Of a stretch of DNA of 64,000 nt, positions 57,953 to 64,000 are shown piece by piece. Numbering within the stretch: the first letter of the stretch is position 1; each line of letters begins with the position of its first letter. The notes beneath the pieces were generated by a model, which did no database searches, had not been told where the DNA came from, and saw only the letters and a program-made list of their open reading frames with translations. Location of the stretch: positions 320,001 through 384,000 of the forward strand of contig OZ242374.1 of the NCBI GenBank assembly GCA_965209055.1. Reading direction: 5' to 3'. The DNA is from Acidobacteriota bacterium (GTDB lineage Bacteria; Acidobacteriota; UBA6911; RPQK01; JAJDTT01). The translations under genes were made by a program, and so were the position numbers.

Positions 57953-59581
57953 ATGTCAAGAACCTTCGCAGGTTCTCCCGTGAGTGGCAGGTTCCTTCTG
58001 CTTGCCTTGTTTCTGGTTCTGCTCCCGGTCCAGGCCAAAGAGAAGAAGCGGGACGACCGGGCCGTTCTCCAGGAAGAGCAGGAGGACTACTTCAAGAAGT
58101 GGCTCAAGGAGGACGTCGTCTACATCATCACCGATGAGGAGCGGGGCGTGTTCAACGGCCTGGGCACCATGGACGAGAAGGAACAGTTCATCGAGCAGTT
58201 CTGGCGCCGGCGCGACCCGGATGCGAGAACGGCCGTCAACGAATACAAGGAAGAACATTACCGTCGTATTGCCTACGCCAACGACCATTTCTTCAGCGCC
58301 AAGGCCGGGTGGAGAACAGATCGCGGCAGGACCTACATCCTCTGGGGCCCGCCCGACGACCGCGAAATGCGTCCCTCGGGCGGCCGCTATGAAAGGCTGA
58401 TCTACGAGGGCGGGGGAACGACGACGACCTATCCCTTCGAGCGCTGGATCTATCGCCACATTCCAGGGATCGGGTCCGGTGTCGAGTTGGAATTCGTCGA
58501 CCAGTCAGGTACCGGTGAATACCGTCTGGCGCTGGGTATGGAGGAGAAAGATGCGCTCCTCCACAGCGAAGGCGGATTGACCATGGCAGAACAACTCGGG
58601 ATGATGGACAAGTCCGAACGCCCTTATTTTACTCCATCCAATGCCCATAACCCCTTTATTCAGGGGATCACCGGCATGCGCGCAAAAGATCGTCCTTTCG
58701 CTCGCATGGCGCGCTACTTCGATGTTCAGAAGGCTCCCGATATTCGGTACAAAGACCTCCAGAAGCTGGTCGACAGCAGAGTCTTGTATCACAGCCTGCC
58801 GTTCGACCTCAGCAGCAACGCGATCAAACTGGACGATGCCAGGGCGCTGGTTGCCATTACCGTGGAGGTGCGCAACCAGGATCTGACATTTCAGGAGAAA
58901 TCCGGCATCCGCCAGGCCCACCTTCGACTCTATGGACGCGTGCTGAATGTGAGCGGCCGAATGCTGACCGAGTTTGAGCAGGAACTGGCCATTGACTACG
59001 CAGCCGAAGAATTCGAAACCAGCTTGACGGAACGGTCCGTTTATCAGAATCAGATCGCAGTCCCGGCTGGCCTCTACAAGCTGACTCTGATCCTTGAAGA
59101 CTTGCACGGTGAAAGGATGGGTTCAACGGAGACTCGTATACCGGCTCCCAGATATGACGAAAAACAACTTGCTGCCTCTCTGATTCTGGCCCAGTCGATT
59201 CAGCAGCTTGGTGCGGTGCCGGATACGATCCGGATGTTCGTGCTCGGCGACCTGAAAGTGATCCCCAGTGTCAGCCGTACGTTTGTCTCTGACGCTTCAC
59301 TGCCGGTCTATCTTCAGGTGTACAACCTGCAGGTGGATCAGGCCCTGGACAGACCGGATCCTGAAATCGTCTACGAAATCAGCAGGAAGGGGAAAGTCGT
59401 CAAGACCGTCTCCGGCATTGGCGGCCGGAACCTTGCCTATTTCTCACCGGAACGCGCGGTTTTCGTTCGACATCTTGACTTGGAGGGACTCCCGCTTGGG
59501 GACTATTCGTTGCGAGTGGCCGTACGTGACGGCATTTCCGGAGAATCGTCCGTAACCCGCGATCGATTCAAGATTCAATGA
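57953..59581 (+). CDS. GWxTD domain protein
   Basis: FWRRRDP...NEYKEEHYRRIAYAN...GWRTDRGRTYILWGPPD; signal peptide. Confidence 0.92.
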   Translation: MSRTFAGSPVSGRFLLLALFLVLLPVQAKEKKRDDRAVLQEEQEDYFKKWLKEDVVYIITDEERGVFNGLGTMDEKEQFIEQFWRRRDPDARTAVNEYKEEHYRRIAYANDHFFSAKAGWRTDRGRTYILWGPPDDREMRPSGGRYERLIYEGGGTTTTYPFERWIYRHIPGIGSGVELEFVDQSGTGEYRLALGMEEKDALLHSEGGLTMAEQLGMMDKSERPYFTPSNAHNPFIQGITGMRAKDRPFARMARYFDVQKAPDIRYKDLQKLVDSRVLYHSLPFDLSSNAIKLDDARALVAITVEVRNQDLTFQEKSGIRQAHLRLYGRVLNVSGRMLTEFEQELAIDYAAEEFETSLTERSVYQNQIAVPAGLYKLTLILEDLHGERMGSTETRIPAPRYDEKQLAASLILAQSIQQLGAVPDTIRMFVLGDLKVIPSVSRTFVSDASLPVYLQVYNLQVDQALDRPDPEIVYEISRKGKVVKTVSGIGGRNLAYFSPERAVFVRHLDLEGLPLGDYSLRVAVRDGISGESSVTRDRFKIQ

Positions 59582-59588
59582 CAAACCG

Positions 59589-61934
59589 GTGTCTGGCAAA
59601 GTACTGATCGGAACCGGCGTCGCCGGGTGGGCCATTCTGGTATTTGCGGCGGCGCTTCCGGCGCTCATTCCGCACGGTTCGACCGCGCAGACGACACCTC
59701 TCTCCACAGCCGAGCCTCGTCACGCCGAAGGCTATGCCGGGCAAGAGACGTGCGCGAGCTGCCACAGGGAAATCACCGACTCCTACCAAAGGGTTGCGAT
59801 GTCACGGTCGTTCTCTCGACCCACGCCTGCGAACACGATTGAGGACTACGAAAAAAACAACAGTTTTTTCCACGAAAAGTCGGAATTTTATTACACCATG
59901 CTCAAGCGCGGCGGGCGCTATTTTCAGCGCCGCAGCCTCAAGAACAAGCAGGGGGAGCCCGTTCACGTTCATGAAGAGGAGATCACCTACATCCTGGGTT
60001 CGGGTGATCATGCCCGCTCCTATTTTCATCATCATCCCAATGGCGTGATCACCAAGTTGCCCGTCACCTGGTACACACAGGAACAACGCTGGGGAATGTC
60101 TCCCGGCTACGACGTCCCGGATCATCTCGACTTCACCCGCCCCATACCGCAGGGGTGTTTTTTTTGCCACACGTCCTACCCTCGGCTCATCCCGCAAAGG
60201 TCCGAGGACGAGGTCTACTTCCCCAACTCTCTTCCGGCCGGCATCGGTTGCGAGCGTTGCCACGGACCGGGCAGCGAACATGTCCGCCTGGTCTTGGAGA
60301 AAGCTCCCGCGGAAGAGTTCAAGAAGGCGATCTACCACCCCGGGCTGGATTCGAAACAGGCTCAGAGAGATCTCTGTTACCAATGCCACGTGGAGACCAA
60401 CGTCTACAGCGTGGCAACCAGAGTCATCGTGCCGGGCCGGGAAACCTTCTCCTACCGGCCGGGAGAAACTTTTTCCGATTACGCAGTCCGCTTCAAGCTT
60501 CGGGGCGTGGACGACAAGAGCAAACAATTCGACATGGTGAAGCAGCATGGCGATCTGATGGAAGAATCGAAATGCTTTCAAGCCAGCAGCGGCGCCATGA
60601 CCTGTACCACCTGCCATGATCCCCACGTGAAGGTCTCTCATGAAGAGAGCGCCGATTTCTACCGCGCCCGCTGCCTTTCCTGCCATGTCTCGAGTGAGCT
60701 CAACAGCACCCACAAACCTGTCGAAGTCGAGGGGAACTGCGCCGCTTGCCACATGCCCTCGGGAGACCCGACCGGCGACAGCCCCGATATTTCTTTCGAG
60801 GAGCTTCGGCGGGGAAATCAACGCACCCGTCACATCGTTTTTACCAACCATAGAATCGGTATCCACTCCAGAGGAGAAGTGCCCGCCGATCTGGGTCAGA
60901 ACACCCTCTACGAACTGGAACCTTCAACCGAATCGCTGTCCGAGACCGAGAATCTATTTTTTATGGGAGCGGCATTCCTGGATGCGACTCCGGCGGAACT
61001 GAGCGAACGCCCCAAACAGTTGGAAACCGGAATGGGGTTGTTGGAGCAGTACACAGAGAGGGCCGGCGGCCGCTACCGGACCGAGGCCTTCGCCCTGTTG
61101 GGGAAAGGCTATGAAGTTTCGGGGGAAATCGATCGGGCGGTGGCAGCTTACGAGCGCTCGCTGGAAGGGCGGCCGGGCCAGTTGCTGCCTATGAGCAATC
61201 TGGCTTTGATCTACGCCAATCGGGGAGACCACGACCGCGGCAAGTCTTACTTCTCCCGAGTGCTGGAGCGATTCCCGGAAAATGTTCCGGCACTTCACGG
61301 GCTGGGCGTCCTGGCTGCCGGGGCCGGAAAAAAACAGGAGGCGATCGGGTACTTCGAAAGAGCGACCCAGTTGTTTCCGCTTGCCGTCTTTTCCCACTAT
61401 CACCTGGCCCAAATGTACTTGCGCGACCAGGAGTGGGACAAAGCCTTTGCGGCGATCATGCGCACCCTGGCTGTTTCTCCAAGATTCGCTCCGGCATACC
61501 TGGACCTGGGAAATCTTCACGCCCTCCAGAACCGGTTGTCCCCGGCCGGAGAAGCCTTCGAGCGGTTACTGACGTTGGATCCGAACAACGAAACCGCCTA
61601 CAACGCGGTTTCCATCGTCGCGGCGCGGCAGGGCGCTTTCGAGCGGGCTATTGAAGTGCTGGAAAAGGCCGTCGAAAAAGGTGTTGCCGCGGAGGCAACC
61701 TTCCTGAATCTCGGTCGTTTCCGGGCTCAATCCGGTCATCTGGAGAGATCCGTCGAGTCGCTGCAACAGGCGTTGTCCCTGAACCCTCAAAGCGAAGAAG
61801 TTCTCTTGACCTTGGCGATGGTGCACTCGTTGAAGGACGAGCGTGCATTGGCGAGACAATTTCTCCAGCGGCTGCTCAAGCTGAATCCGGATCACGAGCA
61901 GGCGCGCCTCCTATTGCAGAGGCTTGGACATTAG
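59589..61934 (+). CDS. Multiheme cytochrome c (c554-like) fused to TPR repeats
   Basis: Seven CxxCH motifs (CASCH, CFFCH, CERCH, CYQCH, CTTCH, CLSCH, CAACH), then TPRs. Confidence 0.88.
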   Translation: MSGKVLIGTGVAGWAILVFAAALPALIPHGSTAQTTPLSTAEPRHAEGYAGQETCASCHREITDSYQRVAMSRSFSRPTPANTIEDYEKNNSFFHEKSEFYYTMLKRGGRYFQRRSLKNKQGEPVHVHEEEITYILGSGDHARSYFHHHPNGVITKLPVTWYTQEQRWGMSPGYDVPDHLDFTRPIPQGCFFCHTSYPRLIPQRSEDEVYFPNSLPAGIGCERCHGPGSEHVRLVLEKAPAEEFKKAIYHPGLDSKQAQRDLCYQCHVETNVYSVATRVIVPGRETFSYRPGETFSDYAVRFKLRGVDDKSKQFDMVKQHGDLMEESKCFQASSGAMTCTTCHDPHVKVSHEESADFYRARCLSCHVSSELNSTHKPVEVEGNCAACHMPSGDPTGDSPDISFEELRRGNQRTRHIVFTNHRIGIHSRGEVPADLGQNTLYELEPSTESLSETENLFFMGAAFLDATPAELSERPKQLETGMGLLEQYTERAGGRYRTEAFALLGKGYEVSGEIDRAVAAYERSLEGRPGQLLPMSNLALIYANRGDHDRGKSYFSRVLERFPENVPALHGLGVLAAGAGKKQEAIGYFERATQLFPLAVFSHYHLAQMYLRDQEWDKAFAAIMRTLAVSPRFAPAYLDLGNLHALQNRLSPAGEAFERLLTLDPNNETAYNAVSIVAARQGAFERAIEVLEKAVEKGVAAEATFLNLGRFRAQSGHLERSVESLQQALSLNPQSEEVLLTLAMVHSLKDERALARQFLQRLLKLNPDHEQARLLLQRLGH

Positions 61935-61966
61935 TTGAGCTCGGTATTGGCTCTATCCCGTTACCT

Positions 61967-62740
61967 TTAACTGCCATGCCCTCTCAGGCGGGCGGCCGAG
62001 GTGTCGATGGCACGCGCCAAGTGCGCCCAATCCACCCCCATGAGCACCCATTGGATCCCCTTTTCCGTCCACTCCATAAGCGCTTCCGGATCGTCGGCCA
62101 GACCGATTCCGGGAAAGACGCCGGCTTGATGTGCCGTGGTCACGACCGTTTCAACGGCTCTCTGCACCTCCGGATGCTGAGGATTTCCCATATGCCCCAT
62201 GGAACCGGCCAAGTCGTTGACTCCGATCATGATCGCGGTGAGTCCCGGCACGCGAACCATTTCGTCGATCACGTTGACGGCGTCGATGTGCTCGATCTGC
62301 ACGATGCAGACGATTTCCCGGTTGGCTCGCCGGCAGTACTCTGCGTCCCCGATGCGACCGTATCGAATCGGCCGTCGTGGACCGAATCCCCGCTCTCCCT
62401 CCGGCGGATACAAGCAGGCCGAGACGGCTAGCTGAACGTCTTCGACCGTGCGGACGAGCGGGACCACAATTCCGTCTGCCCCGATGTCCAACACCGGCTT
62501 GATCAAGACGGCATCATTCCAGGCAACACGCACCAACGCCGCGGCGTCGCTACCCTTGGTCGCCATGATGTGACCCTGAACCGTTTCCAGGGAATGACCA
62601 TTGTGCTCCATGTCGATGAAGGCAAAATCGAGCGTGTGAGAGATCAGCTCGGTCACGGTGGGATCCGAAAAGCTCACTCCGCAACCAAGCGGGATCTGTC
62701 CGCTTTCCAGCTTGGCCCTGAACGTGTTGGCGTTCTCCAT
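61967..62740 (-). CDS. HpcH/HpaI class II aldolase
   Basis: IDMEH, LVRV, YPPEGERG, QIEH, GVNDL. Confidence 0.9.
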   Translation of the reverse strand: MENANTFRAKLESGQIPLGCGVSFSDPTVTELISHTLDFAFIDMEHNGHSLETVQGHIMATKGSDAAALVRVAWNDAVLIKPVLDIGADGIVVPLVRTVEDVQLAVSACLYPPEGERGFGPRRPIRYGRIGDAEYCRRANREIVCIVQIEHIDAVNVIDEMVRVPGLTAIMIGVNDLAGSMGHMGNPQHPEVQRAVETVVTTAHQAGVFPGIGLADDPEALMEWTEKGIQWVLMGVDWAHLARAIDTSAARLRGHGS

Positions 62741-62856
62741 CAAAACCCCCTTCTTGGATCGCTTGAAAGCTGTTGCGTCGATTGAAAACTAATGGTTGAT
62801 CTGTCGCTTGGCCGTTTCGGAAACAGGGGTTGGGGTGGTCAAAATGAATTCAACCA

Positions 62857-63744
62857 CTATCCGATTCCTATCGATCTCAAGTACTCCCGGTTTCGCTTGG
62901 CGATGGGCAATGGTTTGTCGAACGCCACGGGATACATGTCTTGTTCAACAATGGCCCAGCCGTCATATTCGATTTCCTGCAGCAAATCTCGCAAGGCAAT
63001 GTAATCCACCACTCCTTTTGAGAGTTCACAGAACATGCCCATGGCGACGGCATGAATAAACGGTATTTCCTCAGCCACCACTTGCCGGCGAAGTTCAGGG
63101 TCCACGCTCTTGAGATGAAGGTAAGGGATCCTCTCGTGGTGCTTGCGCACGAAGGCGACCGGGTCCACCCCGCGGTAGGCCAGATGACCAACGTCCTGGC
63201 CCAGGGAGATCACCTCGGGGTCGGTATCTTCCAGTAGCTTCTCAATCTGGTCTTCAAAGGCGACGTGGGAATCGGGGCTGGAATGATAAACCAACTGGAT
63301 CTCGAATTTTTCCCGCGCCAGGATTGCCGCCCGGTGGGTGGTGTCGATCAGGCGCTTCCACGCGTCCTCATCCAATCGTTCCGGCTTGATTCGTTCGCCG
63401 GTAAACCAATCCGTGTGCAGGTCGTCGATCAAGACCAGAAATCGCGCGTCCAGTCCCGCCAGCAACTCTCCGACTTCCAATAGCTGCGACTCCAACCCCG
63501 GCCAGGCTTCCGGGTCTTCGAGATGAGCCATGAGAAAAGTGCCCGTGACCTTCAAATTCCGCCGGCTCAATTGCCGGCGCAAGACGTTGAGATCTTGCGG
63601 GAAATAACCATAGGGGCCCAGTTCGATCCACTCATAGCCGGCCTCCGCCACCTCGTCGAGAAACCTCCGCCAGGGGATCTGTTTCGGATCTTCCCCAAAC
63701 CACACGCCCCAGGAATCCGGACAGCTACCTACCTTGACGTTCAT
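62857..63744 (-). CDS. IolE-like sugar phosphate isomerase/dehydratase (AP endonuclease 2 TIM barrel)
   Basis: PDSWGVW, ELGPYGY, DVGH, HLK, VEQD. Confidence 0.85.
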   Translation of the reverse strand: MNVKVGSCPDSWGVWFGEDPKQIPWRRFLDEVAEAGYEWIELGPYGYFPQDLNVLRRQLSRRNLKVTGTFLMAHLEDPEAWPGLESQLLEVGELLAGLDARFLVLIDDLHTDWFTGERIKPERLDEDAWKRLIDTTHRAAILAREKFEIQLVYHSSPDSHVAFEDQIEKLLEDTDPEVISLGQDVGHLAYRGVDPVAFVRKHHERIPYLHLKSVDPELRRQVVAEEIPFIHAVAMGMFCELSKGVVDYIALRDLLQEIEYDGWAIVEQDMYPVAFDKPLPIAKRNREYLRSIGIG

Positions 63745-63763
63745 TGTTGGAATCTCCTATTGG

Positions 63764-64000
63764 TTATTGATCCGGACGCAAAACTGCGCCTTCCTGCGCC
63801 GCATTGTCGATCTCTTCCGCCAGACGAGCCAGTTCCTGCCCCTTTTCAGCCTGTTCCGCCGCCAGGCGTATTCTTGCCTCTTCGAGGATGGCATCAATGC
63901 TCTTCCCGGCCCATTCGTAATCGCGGGCCTGTTGCATGATCGAATGAATTCGCTCCAAATGAGTCTTGGAGCGCTCGGCAGCCGGAGAATCCAGAATGGA
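63764..64000 (-). CDS. C-terminus of an unidentified protein (runs off the window)
   Basis: Frame open to the window edge (SILDSPAAERSK...RPDQ*), stopping just before the IolE-like RBS. Confidence 0.55.
   Translation of the reverse strand, partial: SILDSPAAERSKTHLERIHSIMQQARDYEWAGKSIDAILEEARIRLAAEQAEKGQELARLAEEIDNAAQEGAVLRPDQ

Overview
GC-rich bacterial chromosome segment. The gene content (GWxTD, CRTAC1/ASPIC, multiheme-TPR, many PhyH and GHL10-like genes) suggests Acidobacteriota, possibly host- or sponge-associated; this is an inference. The backbone is metabolic and envelope genes: multiheme cytochromes, a PQQ dehydrogenase, rlpA, ybdK, three tandem PhyH dioxygenases, two tandem Ldh_2 genes, an NAD-linked formate dehydrogenase, ggt, glycosidase-like genes, an LLM monooxygenase and an aldolase. 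The main accessory feature is an 11.76-kb tyrosine-integrase island (17540-29298). It is bounded by the exact 15-bp direct repeat GGGACTGTTAGTCCC and has arm-type repeats and IHF-like sites at both ends. The reconstructed empty site is not a tRNA gene but a GTAG-footed REP-like hairpin, and an intact sibling hairpin lies at 32335-32358. The island carries a Type III R-M system with a nested MNT-HEPN module, a Schlafen/AlbA_2 protein, orphan ORFs and a large nested inverted repeat. Other oddities are a GPP34(GOLPH3)-cytochrome P450 fusion, toxin-antitoxin loci with truncated toxins, and two gene-fragment duplications. All family calls come from motif recognition by eye; no searches were run.
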